Source of the DNA: Xanthobacteraceae bacterium
GTDB taxonomy: Bacteria > Pseudomonadota > Alphaproteobacteria > Rhizobiales > Xanthobacteraceae
Assembly (NCBI GenBank): GCA_036264635.1
Contig: DATAQN010000250.1
Location: forward strand, 4,730 to 68,729
Direction: 5' to 3'
Length of the DNA stretch: 64,000 nt
In this document: in pieces, positions 52,783-64,000 of the stretch
How positions within the stretch are numbered: the first letter of the stretch is position 1
Layout: the number at the start of each line of letters is the position of its first letter
The notes under the pieces: generated by a model
The model's input: only the letters and a program-made list of their open reading frames with translations
Database searches by the model: none
What the model was told of the DNA's origin: nothing
Position numbers and translations under genes: made by a program

Positions 52783-54552
52783 ATGAGTAACGCGGGCACG
52801 AGTAACGCGGGCACCAGTAACGCGGGCACCAGCAAATACGGTTCAGGCTATGCAGCGCCCTTTATTGCCGCGCGCGAGCTGCTGTTCAAGCATCGCGAGG
52901 ATTACGCGCGCGCCTATCAGGACTTCCAATGGCCGAAGCTCGATCGCTTCAACTGGGCGCTCGACTATTTCGACGTCATGGCGCGTGACAATGTGCATCC
53001 GGCGCTGTGGCTGGTCGATGAGGACGCGGGTGAGACCAAGCTCTCCTTCGCCGAGATCAGCGAGCGCTCGAACCGGATCGCCAATGCGTTGCGCGGCCAC
53101 GGCGTCCGCCGCGGCGATCGCATCCTGGTCATGCTCGGCAATGTCGTGCCGCTGTGGGAATGCATGCTGGCGGCGATGAAGCTCGGTGCAGTGATCGTGC
53201 CGGCGACCACATTGCTCACGCGCAACGATCTGGCTGACCGCTTTGCCCGCGGCCGCGTTCGCCATGTCATTGCCAGCGCCGACGCTGCGGCGAAATTCGC
53301 CGATCTGCCGGGCGACTATACGCGTATCGTCGTCGGCAAGGGGTTGCCAGGCTGGATTCCGTTCGAGGCCGGCTACGCATCGCCCGCAACCTTTACGCCA
53401 GACGGCGAGACGCGGGCCGACGATCCGATGTTGCTCTATTTCACCTCCGGCACGACGGCGACGCCGAAGCTCGTCCTGCACAGCCACCAGAGCTATCCGG
53501 TCGGCCACTTGTCGACCATGTATTGGATCGGGCTGCAGCCGGGTGATCTGCATCTCAATATTTCCTCGCCAGGCTGGGCCAAGCATGCCTGGAGTTGCTT
53601 CTTCGCGCCGTGGAATGCCGAGGCCGCGGTATTCATCGTCAACCAGAAGCGCTTCAATGCGCGTGGTCTTCTCGACACCGTCGCGCGCTGTGGGGTGACC
53701 ACGTTTTGCGCGCCGCCGACCGTCTGGCGCATGCTGATCCAGGAAGATCTCGCGGCCTGGAAAATGAGCATGAAGGAACTGATCGGGGCCGGCGAGCCGC
53801 TCAATCCGGAAGTGATCGAGCGCGTCAAAGCCGCCTGGGGCATCACCATTCGCGATGGCTATGGGCAAACCGAAACCACGGCGATGGTCGGCAATACGCC
53901 TGGGCAGAAGGTCAAGTCCGGCTCTATGGGCCGGCCGCTGCCGGGCTATCGCGTCGCGCTGCTCGATGCCAATGGCGCCGCTGCGACCGAGGGCGAGATC
54001 TGTCTGAAGCTCGATCCGCGGCCGACCGGCCTGATGCAGGGCTATCAGGCCGACGATGGCGGCGTGCGAGCGCTCGACGGCGCGGTCTATCGCACCGGCG
54101 ACGTTGCCGCGGTCGACGACGATGGTTATCTCACCTATGTCGGTCGCGCCGATGACGTATTCAAAGCGTCCGACTATCGGATCAGCCCGTTCGAGCTTGA
54201 AAGCGCGCTGATCGAACATCCGGCGATCGCCGAGGCGGCCGTTGTGCCGTCGCCTGATCCGATGCGGCTTGCCATTCCGAAGGCCTATCTGGCACTGGCG
54301 CCAGGCCATGCGGCGGACCGCGCCACGGCTTTGTCGATCTTCCGGCATTGCCGCACGGCGCTCGCACCGTTCAAGCGGGTGCGGCGCATCGAATTCGCCG
54401 AATTGCCCAAAACCATTTCCGGCAAGATCCGGCGCGTCGAATTGCGGCGGGCCGAAGCCGCCAACCGCCGCGATAACACGCGCGCCGAGCTCGAATTCCG
54501 GGAAGAGGATTTTTCCGAGACTGAACTCGGCGCGCCATCCGAAAGAACCTGA
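52783..54552 (+). CDS. AMP-dependent (medium-chain type) acyl-CoA synthetase
   Basis: ATG 52783 follows GGGAG. YFTSGTTATPKLV, DGYGQTET and YRTGD..DDDGYLTYVGR motifs. The N-terminus carries a SNAGT x3 repeat. Confidence 0.88.
   Translation: MSNAGTSNAGTSNAGTSKYGSGYAAPFIAARELLFKHREDYARAYQDFQWPKLDRFNWALDYFDVMARDNVHPALWLVDEDAGETKLSFAEISERSNRIANALRGHGVRRGDRILVMLGNVVPLWECMLAAMKLGAVIVPATTLLTRNDLADRFARGRVRHVIASADAAAKFADLPGDYTRIVVGKGLPGWIPFEAGYASPATFTPDGETRADDPMLLYFTSGTTATPKLVLHSHQSYPVGHLSTMYWIGLQPGDLHLNISSPGWAKHAWSCFFAPWNAEAAVFIVNQKRFNARGLLDTVARCGVTTFCAPPTVWRMLIQEDLAAWKMSMKELIGAGEPLNPEVIERVKAAWGITIRDGYGQTETTAMVGNTPGQKVKSGSMGRPLPGYRVALLDANGAAATEGEICLKLDPRPTGLMQGYQADDGGVRALDGAVYRTGDVAAVDDDGYLTYVGRADDVFKASDYRISPFELESALIEHPAIAEAAVVPSPDPMRLAIPKAYLALAPGHAADRATALSIFRHCRTALAPFKRVRRIEFAELPKTISGKIRRVELRRAEAANRRDNTRAELEFREEDFSETELGAPSERT
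52786..52830 (+). repeat. Three in-frame 15-bp tandem repeats (SNAGT)
   Basis: agtaacgcgggcacg / agtaacgcgggcacc / agtaacgcgggcacc, starting at codon 2 of the synthetase. Confidence 0.95.
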
Positions 54553-54566
54553 AGAAGAACTGATAC

Positions 54567-56012
54567 GTGTCTGCGCTCGGCAAACTCCTCCGGACTACGG
54601 CGTTCCAGCTAACGCTCGTCTATCTCCTTATCTTCATTCTGTTTGCCGCGTCGTTGCTCGGCTATTTTGCGCTGAACACGCGCCGCCTGATCACCGAACA
54701 GATTACGACGACGGTGAATACCGAAATCAGCGGCCTGTCCGAGCAATATGCCCAAGGCGGCATCAGGCGGCTTGTCATCGCCGTCGACCTGCGCTCGCGG
54801 CGGCCGGGATCGAGTCTTTATCTTGTGACAACGCCGACCGGCGAGGGGCTTGCCGGCAATGTCGGCTCGCTGGAGCCGGGCGTGCTCGACCATCCTGGCT
54901 GGCTGGAGACGAATTACCGCAGGCTCGACGCGCCGGAGGGCAGCGACCATCGCGCGCTTGTGCAGGTGGTGCAGCTTCCCGGCGGTTTTCATCTCCTGGT
55001 CGGCCGCGATCTCGAGGAGCGTGAGCGGCTGTTCGGCATCATCGCCAATGCCGGCCAGTGGTCGATCGCGCTGGTGATCGTGCTCGGCCTGATCGGTGGA
55101 TTCTTCGTCAGCGGCCGCGTTCTCAAGCGCATCGATGCCATGAGCGGTACGGCGCAGACCATCATGCGGGGCGATTTGACCGGCCGCCTGCCGGTCGCCG
55201 GCACCGGTGATGAGCTCGATCGGCTCGCGGACAACGTCAATGCCATGCTCGAGCGCATCGAAGCGCTGATGAAAGGGCTCAAGGAAGTCTCCGATAACAT
55301 CGCGCACGATCTGAAAACGCCGCTGACGCGGCTGCGCAATCGCTGTGAGCAGGCGCTGCGCAATCCCACGGGCGAAGCCGGTTACCGCGCCGCGCTCGAA
55401 GCAACGATCGCAGAATCCGACGATCTCATTCGCACCTTCGATGCGTTGCTGATGATCGCGCGTGCCGAATCCGGTCAGGCGCGCGACAATATGACGGAGT
55501 TCGACGCGGCTCAGATCGCGCGCGACGTGGGCGAGCTATACGAGCCGCTGGCGGAAGAGAAGGGCCTCGAACTGAAGGTCGAGGCGCCGGCTGAGGCGCC
55601 AGTGCGTGGTAACCGCGAACTGGTCAGTCAGGCGCTGGCGAATCTGATCGACAACGCGATCAAATATGCCGCGCCGAACGGCAACGCGGGCAAGGTGGCC
55701 GATGGTGGTGCGAACAACGTGGTCAACGGCGCGCCCGCCGAGATCGTCGTCGCCGCGGGCAAGGAAGGTGAGCGTATCGCCCTGAGTGTCTCCGATCACG
55801 GCCCGGGGATTCCCGAGGCCGATCGCGGCCGTGTCGTCGAGCGCTTTGTCCGGCTTGAGCAGAGCCGGTCCGCGCCCGGCTCCGGCCTGGGGCTCAGTCT
55901 TGCCTCAGCCGTGGCGCGGCTGCATGGCGGCGAACTGAAACTCGAGGATAATCATCCGGGCCTGCGCAGCATCATCGCCTTGCCGCGGGCGGGACCCGTG
56001 GTGACAGGATGA
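54567..56012 (+). CDS. Sensor histidine kinase (2 TM, HAMP, HisKA, HATPase_c)
   Basis: GTG start 15 nt after the synthetase stop. H-box VSDNIAHDLKTPLTRL, N-box LANLIDNAIKYA, and DHGPGI / GSGLGLSL. Confidence 0.9.
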   Translation: MSALGKLLRTTAFQLTLVYLLIFILFAASLLGYFALNTRRLITEQITTTVNTEISGLSEQYAQGGIRRLVIAVDLRSRRPGSSLYLVTTPTGEGLAGNVGSLEPGVLDHPGWLETNYRRLDAPEGSDHRALVQVVQLPGGFHLLVGRDLEERERLFGIIANAGQWSIALVIVLGLIGGFFVSGRVLKRIDAMSGTAQTIMRGDLTGRLPVAGTGDELDRLADNVNAMLERIEALMKGLKEVSDNIAHDLKTPLTRLRNRCEQALRNPTGEAGYRAALEATIAESDDLIRTFDALLMIARAESGQARDNMTEFDAAQIARDVGELYEPLAEEKGLELKVEAPAEAPVRGNRELVSQALANLIDNAIKYAAPNGNAGKVADGGANNVVNGAPAEIVVAAGKEGERIALSVSDHGPGIPEADRGRVVERFVRLEQSRSAPGSGLGLSLASAVARLHGGELKLEDNHPGLRSIIALPRAGPVVTG

Positions 56013-59000
56013 CAGATCCTGCCGCCGGCGCGCTGACGCGAGCACGCACAGAGGCGGCGCTGGTGCGGCGCTTGCGCGGCCCTCTACCGTCGCCGTCGCC
56101 TTCATCCGCCGCACTCGTTACATCATGGCTCGAAAGTGTTGAACCAGCCGCCGCCGGCACATTGACGGCGCTGCTGCGCGAATACCCGCCGCTTGTGCAA
56201 ATGCTCGACGGCGTGGCGGAAGCGGCGCCCTTTCTTTTCGACCTCGTTCAGGCCGACGCCGCGCGCTTTGTGCGGCTCATGGAAAGCGCGCCCGAAGAGG
56301 CGCTCGCGGCCCTGATCGAAAGGGCGCGCGACGCAGCGTCGGCGGCACCGACGCAAGCCGAGCTGATGCGAATTCTCCGCCGCATGAAGGCAGAAGCTGC
56401 GCTTTTGATCGCGCTTACAGATATCGGCAATGTCTGGCCGGTCGCGCGCGTGACAGCGGCGCTCACTGAGGTCGCTGAGACGGCGCTTCGTGCCGCTGCG
56501 CAATTTCTTCTGCGCGAAGCCGCAATACGCGAGAAGATCGTGCTCGCCGATCCCGACAATCCCGAACACGGATCGGGCTATATCGCGCTCGCCATGGGCA
56601 AGATGGGCGGCCATGAGCTCAATTACTCGAGCGATATCGATCTCATGGTCTTCTTCGATCGCGGTGCCGCCAAGTTTGCGCCCGGCGTCGAGCCTGGCCA
56701 GTTCTACGTGCGGCTGACGCGCGATCTCGTCAAAATCCTCCAGGAGCGGACGGTGGACGGTTATGTCTTCCGTGTCGACTTGAGGTTGCGGCCTGATCCG
56801 TCCTCGACGCAGATTGCGATCTCGACCGAAGCCGCCCTCGATTATTACGAGCACCGTGGCCAGAACTGGGAACGCGCAGCGCTGATCAAGGCGCGGCCAT
56901 GCGCCGGTGACCTCTCTGCCGGCGACAGGTTTTTGCGTGAGCTGTCGCCCTTCGTCTGGCGGAGATATCTCGACTTCGCCACTATCGCCCATGTTCACCA
57001 GATGAAGCGGCAGATCCACGCCTATCGCGGGCATGGCGAGATCGCGGTCGAGGGCCACAATATCAAGCTTGGCCGCGGCGGCATCCGCGAAATCGAGTTT
57101 TTCGTGCAAACCCAGCAACTCATCGCCGGCGGCCGCCACGCCCAATTGCGCGGCGGCGGTACGATCGAAACGCTCGACGCGCTGGCCAAGGAAAAATGGA
57201 TCAATGAGGAGGCACGTCATGAATTGACGGCGGCGTATGACTTCCTGCGCCGTGTCGAGCATCGCCTGCAGATGATGGGCGACGAGCAAACTCACACGCT
57301 GCCGTCGAAGCCGCAAGCGCTGGACCTCTTTGCGCGCTTTCTCGGCTTCACGAGCCGTGACGATTTTGCCGCGGCGCTGCTTCGTCATATGCGCAGGGTC
57401 GAGCGGCATTACGTCAGACTGTTCGAGCATGCGCCGGAATTGCTGGCGGAGCATCTCAACCTCTCCTTTGCGACAGGCGAGGCGGATGGCGGCGGAAAAG
57501 ATCTGGCCGGGAGCGAGGTCAGGACGGTGGACGACACGCTCGAGCACCTGTCACTTATGGGTTTTCGCCAGCCGCACGAGATTGCCGAAACAGTGCAGCG
57601 CTGGCGCTCGGGCTCGTATCGGGCACTGCGCGGCGAACAGGCGCGCGCCAATCTCGACGATCTCGTGCCGGTTATCATCGATCAGTGCGCGCGCGCGGAA
57701 AATCCGGATGCAGCTTTTGCCGCATTCGACCGTTTCCTTGCAAATTTGCGTGCCGGCGGACGTTTCTTGTCGCTGCTGCGGCAAAACCCGCAATTGATCC
57801 GCTTCGTTTCCCTCATGCTTGGCGTCGCGCCGCGGCTCACGGACATTCTCGCGCAAAATCCGCATTTCATCGATCCGCTGGTCGACCCGACCTTCTTCGG
57901 CTCCGTGCCGGACGGGCAGCGTCTCGAGATGGTGCTGTCGAGCGCGCTGAACGAAGCGCGCGGCTACGAGACCATGCTTGACGCGATCCGTCTGCTCGGT
58001 CAGGAGCATATGTTTCTGATCGGCGCGCGCATCCTGTCGGGCTCGATCACCGCCGAACAAGCGGGCGAAGTGTTCGCCCGGCTGGCTGATGTGCTGTTGC
58101 GCACCGTTCACGTCCGCGCTGAGGCCGATTTCGCCGAGACTTACGGTCGCATCCGCGGCGGCGAGAGCGCAATCTTGGCGCTGGGACGGCTTGGCGCGCG
58201 CGAGATGACGGCAAGTTCGGATCTCGATCTGATTGTGATCTACGATTTCGACCACAACCATCCTGAGTCGGATGGCGAGCGCTCGCTCTATGGTGCGCAA
58301 TATTATGCTCGCTTTACCCAGCGGCTGATCAACGCGTTGACCGCGCAGACCAATTACGGGGTGCTCTATCAGGTCGATATGCGGCTGCGGCCGTCGGGCC
58401 GCTCGGGTCCGGTGGCAACGCAGATCGACGGTTTCATCAGCTATCAAGAGCGCGAAGCCTGGACCTGGGAACACATGACGCTGACGCGGGCCCGCGTTGT
58501 CTCCGGCCCGCCGGTTCTTGTTGCACGCATCGAAAAGGCGATCCGGGATGTGTTGTGCCGCGAGCGCGACACGCAGATGATCGCCGACGATGTCGTCACG
58601 ATGCGCGCCGCGATCGCGAAGGAGAAGGGCGATTCGGACTTGTGGGATTTCAAATATGTCGCCGGCGGCCTTATAGATATCGAGTTCATCGTGCAATTTC
58701 TGCAGCTGACGCATGCTGCGGCGGTGCCGGATATTCTCGATACGTCGACGGTGCGCGTTCTGGAAAAAGCAGCACGGCTCGGCGTGCTCAAGCCCGAAGA
58801 CGCCGAAGTGCTGCGGCCGGCCGTGCGGCTGTTCCACGACCTCACGCAAATCCTGCGGCTGTGTCTATCCGGACGGTTCGATCCGAAGACAGCGCATGTC
58901 GGCATTCTCGTGCTTTTGGCGCGCGCCGCGGACCTGCCGGATTTCGCCGCACTGCAAGCCCATGTCGAAGACACCCAGCGCCATGTGCGCGAATGTTTCG

Positions 59001-59026
59001 TGCGGATTTTGGGCAAGGCGCCGTAG
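56009..59026 (+). CDS. glnE: Bifunctional glutamine synthetase adenylyltransferase/adenylyl-removing enzyme
   Basis: 1005 aa with two nucleotidyltransferase modules (GKMGGHELNYSSDIDLMVFF and LGRLGAREMTASSDLDLIVIY). ATGA overlap with the kinase stop. Confidence 0.95.
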   Translation: MTDPAAGALTRARTEAALVRRLRGPLPSPSPSSAALVTSWLESVEPAAAGTLTALLREYPPLVQMLDGVAEAAPFLFDLVQADAARFVRLMESAPEEALAALIERARDAASAAPTQAELMRILRRMKAEAALLIALTDIGNVWPVARVTAALTEVAETALRAAAQFLLREAAIREKIVLADPDNPEHGSGYIALAMGKMGGHELNYSSDIDLMVFFDRGAAKFAPGVEPGQFYVRLTRDLVKILQERTVDGYVFRVDLRLRPDPSSTQIAISTEAALDYYEHRGQNWERAALIKARPCAGDLSAGDRFLRELSPFVWRRYLDFATIAHVHQMKRQIHAYRGHGEIAVEGHNIKLGRGGIREIEFFVQTQQLIAGGRHAQLRGGGTIETLDALAKEKWINEEARHELTAAYDFLRRVEHRLQMMGDEQTHTLPSKPQALDLFARFLGFTSRDDFAAALLRHMRRVERHYVRLFEHAPELLAEHLNLSFATGEADGGGKDLAGSEVRTVDDTLEHLSLMGFRQPHEIAETVQRWRSGSYRALRGEQARANLDDLVPVIIDQCARAENPDAAFAAFDRFLANLRAGGRFLSLLRQNPQLIRFVSLMLGVAPRLTDILAQNPHFIDPLVDPTFFGSVPDGQRLEMVLSSALNEARGYETMLDAIRLLGQEHMFLIGARILSGSITAEQAGEVFARLADVLLRTVHVRAEADFAETYGRIRGGESAILALGRLGAREMTASSDLDLIVIYDFDHNHPESDGERSLYGAQYYARFTQRLINALTAQTNYGVLYQVDMRLRPSGRSGPVATQIDGFISYQEREAWTWEHMTLTRARVVSGPPVLVARIEKAIRDVLCRERDTQMIADDVVTMRAAIAKEKGDSDLWDFKYVAGGLIDIEFIVQFLQLTHAAAVPDILDTSTVRVLEKAARLGVLKPEDAEVLRPAVRLFHDLTQILRLCLSGRFDPKTAHVGILVLLARAADLPDFAALQAHVEDTQRHVRECFVRILGKAP

Positions 59027-59060
59027 AACAATGCAGGCGCGGCGCTCAGTCGAATGAAGA

Positions 59061-61400
<2,340 letters not shown>

Positions 61401-61643
61401 GCCTGCCTCCGCTGAGATTATCTCGTCCGCCCGCTCCGGGGAGAGCGGGTACGCCGTCTCGCCGAATCACCCTTATTTGAATCGACGCGAATCGGTTTGT
61501 CGAGAGTCCGGAGTCAATAATTTAAAAGAAAGTTTCCCCAAAACTTTGATGCAGCGCGAAAGAATCCGGAACGCATGCGCGGTCGGCAGAAAGGTTTGCT
61601 TGTTCGATGAATCACTTGCGTCGTTTGCGAGTAGCAGTCGCGA

Positions 61644-62111
61644 TTACTGCTTCTTCAAAACGTAAACGTAATTATTGAGACCGATTTCGGCGGTCGAGTG
61701 ATCGACAAAGTGCCAGTCGAACTCGCAGCCCGTCTCCAGTGTCTTGATCGGCGTGGCGTTGAAACCAAGCGATGCGGCGAGCTGCTGTGGATCTTTCGCC
61801 TTGTTGGACTCATGCATTTCGCCGAACTCACCTTGGAATAGTAGGTCGGCGGTGTAGTCCGTCAATTTGTAGTGTGGCCCTTTGCAGGCGAAGACCTTTG
61901 GTCCGGAGATTTCGCGCGGTGCGATGGTGATCGTCTTGCCGAGCAGGGCATTCTTCTCGGCCACATCCGGTTTGTCATTCGGACCGGCCCACGGCGCCAC
62001 GATCGCGGAATCAAATTTCCAGGCGCCCAGGTAGAAGGTGTCAGCGGCATTGGAGGGGATAGAAATTGCAAGACCGATTGCGGCGGTGGCAAGCGTGGCA
62101 AGCTTGAGCAA
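61644..62111 (-). CDS. Secreted protein of unknown function
   Basis: 155 aa. Signal peptide MLKLATLATAAIGLAISIPSNA. Two Cys. No known motif. Confidence 0.65.
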   Translation of the reverse strand: MLKLATLATAAIGLAISIPSNAADTFYLGAWKFDSAIVAPWAGPNDKPDVAEKNALLGKTITIAPREISGPKVFACKGPHYKLTDYTADLLFQGEFGEMHESNKAKDPQQLAASLGFNATPIKTLETGCEFDWHFVDHSTAEIGLNNYVYVLKKQ

Positions 62112-62173
62112 GGATTACTCCAGCGGCGGGATGGCTCTTTTGTCGCCCGCCGCTGGATCGTGGTTCGATCGCA

Positions 62174-64000
62174 TCAGCTATCGGCTAGCGTCCGTCCCAC
62201 GATATCTTGCACGTCGCGCGACAGCGAAGGCGCCGCTGCGATGCGGCGCAACGTGGCTTCGGCCCGGCCGCGTCGCTTCACTTCAAGCGCGCGCCAGGAG
62301 CGGAATGCGCCCATCAACCGCGCGGCGACTTGGGGATTCTTCGGATCAAGGGCCAGGACGAAGTCGGCGACGAAATCGAAGCCTGCCCCATCGGCGCGAT
62401 TGAACTGAGTGTGGTTGACCTGCGCAAACGAGCCGATCAGTGCGCGCACGCGGTTGGGATTGGCAACCGAAAAGGCCGGATGTCTAGTCAGCGCCCGCAC
62501 GCGATCGAGCGTAGACGGCTCCGGAATCGCCGCTTGCAGCGCCAGCCATTTATCGATGATCAGTGGATCGTCGGCATAGCGCTTGTAGAAATCCTCGAAT
62601 GCCTCAATGCGCTCCGGCCGGTCGTGCTGCGCCAGCGTGTCCAGCGCCGCCATGCGGTCGGTCATGTTGTCGCCATTGCGGTATTGCGCGAAGGCGCGTG
62701 CGATGCCCTCGTCACGCCCGGCCACGGCAAGAAGATCGAGACAGACATTCCGCAGCGAGCGCCGGCCGGCGCTCTGCGGGTCGGGACGGTAGGGGCCGCT
62801 CGATGTCATCTCTAGATGGGTTTGTGCGAGCGCCGTGGTGTGCCGCTCGCCGATTGCTGCACGCAGCTTGCGGCGCGCGGCAAAAACCGCGTCAGGATCG
62901 ACATCGGAGCCGATCTCGCGCGCAATATCGGCGTCAGTCGGCGGCACCAGCATCAAGGCAATAAAGGCCGGCTCCAGCGCCTTGTCCTGCAGCACCGCGC
63001 CGAGCGCGGCCATCAGGCCGTCGTCATCGCGAGCGGCGCCGCCGCCGCGGAGCGCCGCGACGTTGGCCTTGAGCAAGGTCATCGCCAGCGACTGCACCGC
63101 CTGCCAGCGATTGAATTGATCGGAGTCATGGGCGGCGAGAAAGCGTAGGTCGTCGGGCTCGATCGGCAGCCCGAGCTTGATCGGCGCGGAAAAGCCGCGG
63201 TTGAGCGAGGGGATCGGCCGCTCGGCGACGCCGGTGAAGACGAAGCTCTGGCTCGGCTTGGTCAACTCGATCACGCCGTGCGTTAACGGCTTGCCTTCGA
63301 GCGTGAGAGGAAGATCGGCGCCGGATTTGCCGACAAGCCCGAAGGCGAGCGGAATCACCATCGGCTCTTTGTCCGGCTGCCCGGGCGTCGGCGGAATTGT
63401 CTGGGTGACATCGAGGCGATAGGTTTGCGCACGCGGGTCGTAGTGCGGCGCCACCTTGATGTCCGGCGTGCCGGCCTGCGAATACCAGCGCATGAACTGC
63501 GTCATATCGCGGCCGCTGACGTCGGCGAAACATTGCACGAACTGCTCGACCGTGGCGGCCTGGCCGTCATGGCGTTCGAAATAGAGATCCATGCCTTTGC
63601 GAAAGGTTTCGCGGCCGAGCAGCGTCCGGATCATGCGGACAACTTCGGAGCCCTTCTCGTAGACCGTCGACGTGTAGAAATTGTTGATCTCGTGATAGAC
63701 CTCGGGTCGCACCGGATGGGCTAGGGGACCGGCATCCTCGACGAATTGATGTGAGCGCAAGCCGCGCACATCGCTGATGCGCTCGACAGCGCGCGAACGC
63801 TGATCGGCGGTGAATTCCTGATCGCGGAAGACCGTAAGGCCTTCCTTCAGGCACAGCTGAAACCAGTCGCGGCAGGTGATGCGGTCTCCGGTCCAGTTAT
63901 GGAAATATTCGTGCGCTATGACGGCCTCGATGCCGGCATAGTCGCCGTCGGTCGCCGTGGTCGGCGAGGCGAGCACGTATTTGTCGTTGAAGATGTTGAG
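62174..64000 (-). CDS. pepN: Aminopeptidase N (M1 family), C-terminal ~609 aa; the N-terminus lies beyond the window end
   Basis: Zinc motif HEYFHNWTGDR plus LKEGLTVFRDQEF. The reading frame stays open to position 64000. The Met at the track ORF start is internal. Confidence 0.93.
   Translation of the reverse strand, partial: LNIFNDKYVLASPTTATDGDYAGIEAVIAHEYFHNWTGDRITCRDWFQLCLKEGLTVFRDQEFTADQRSRAVERISDVRGLRSHQFVEDAGPLAHPVRPEVYHEINNFYTSTVYEKGSEVVRMIRTLLGRETFRKGMDLYFERHDGQAATVEQFVQCFADVSGRDMTQFMRWYSQAGTPDIKVAPHYDPRAQTYRLDVTQTIPPTPGQPDKEPMVIPLAFGLVGKSGADLPLTLEGKPLTHGVIELTKPSQSFVFTGVAERPIPSLNRGFSAPIKLGLPIEPDDLRFLAAHDSDQFNRWQAVQSLAMTLLKANVAALRGGGAARDDDGLMAALGAVLQDKALEPAFIALMLVPPTDADIAREIGSDVDPDAVFAARRKLRAAIGERHTTALAQTHLEMTSSGPYRPDPQSAGRRSLRNVCLDLLAVAGRDEGIARAFAQYRNGDNMTDRMAALDTLAQHDRPERIEAFEDFYKRYADDPLIIDKWLALQAAIPEPSTLDRVRALTRHPAFSVANPNRVRALIGSFAQVNHTQFNRADGAGFDFVADFVLALDPKNPQVAARLMGAFRSWRALEVKRRGRAEATLRRIAAAPSLSRDVQDIVGRTLADS

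Noticed and set aside
61516-61536. TTAA-N7-TTTC sequence upstream of the PleC-like kinase, as a possible CtrA box
   Set aside because: The second half-site deviates from TTAA, and it is a single occurrence in an AT-rich stretch. The evidence is insufficient.

Overview
High-GC alphaproteobacterial chromosomal segment. Coding lines I counted by hand are about 70% G+C. The gene content suggests a Bradyrhizobium/Rhodopseudomonas/Afipia-like Rhizobiales genome: a cycHJKL-type ccmI-E-F-H cluster, MucR/Ros, two PleC/DivJ-type kinases, Bug/TctC and TRAP binding proteins, DUF2336/DUF1491/DUF2076-type proteins, and short palindromic REP-like elements that translate to ...DPEKWKPVFRSDHA... This taxon call is inference and cannot be verified without a database. 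I support about 58 protein-coding genes, two of them truncated by the window edges, plus several rho-independent terminators and many short repeats. I found no rRNA, tRNA, CRISPR array, transposase, integrase or recognisable prophage gene. Most of the window is ordinary core genome: ilvE-like aminotransferase, sodB, SufE, class A PBP, cytochrome c maturation, DegP, GlnE, PepN, three two-component pairs, a TRAP/acyl-CoA ligase/SDR catabolic cluster and a TetR-GST-GST-peroxiredoxin cluster. Two patches stand out by lower G+C. (i) 17.3-21.0 kb is about 47% G+C. It holds four orphan genes whose products are all membrane-anchored and lack any catalytic motif I can recognise. It sits next to a pile-up of palindromic repeats. 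This is my best candidate for an undescribed membrane-acting exclusion/defence-like module, but the function is pure inference. (ii) 35.8-38.4 kb holds a TIGR02466-type 2OG-Fe(II) oxygenase, a pseudo-receiver HD-GYP protein and a small His/Trp/Tyr-rich secreted peptide. Other observations: a collagen-like (15 x GXY) lipoprotein; three unrelated genes each carrying in-frame 15-bp (pentapeptide) tandem repeats; a response regulator and histidine kinase separated by an acyl-CoA synthetase gene and translationally coupled to glnE; and a SulP-STAS-cNMP fusion transporter. All family assignments rest on motifs read from the translated ORFs and on memory of those families. No searches were run.
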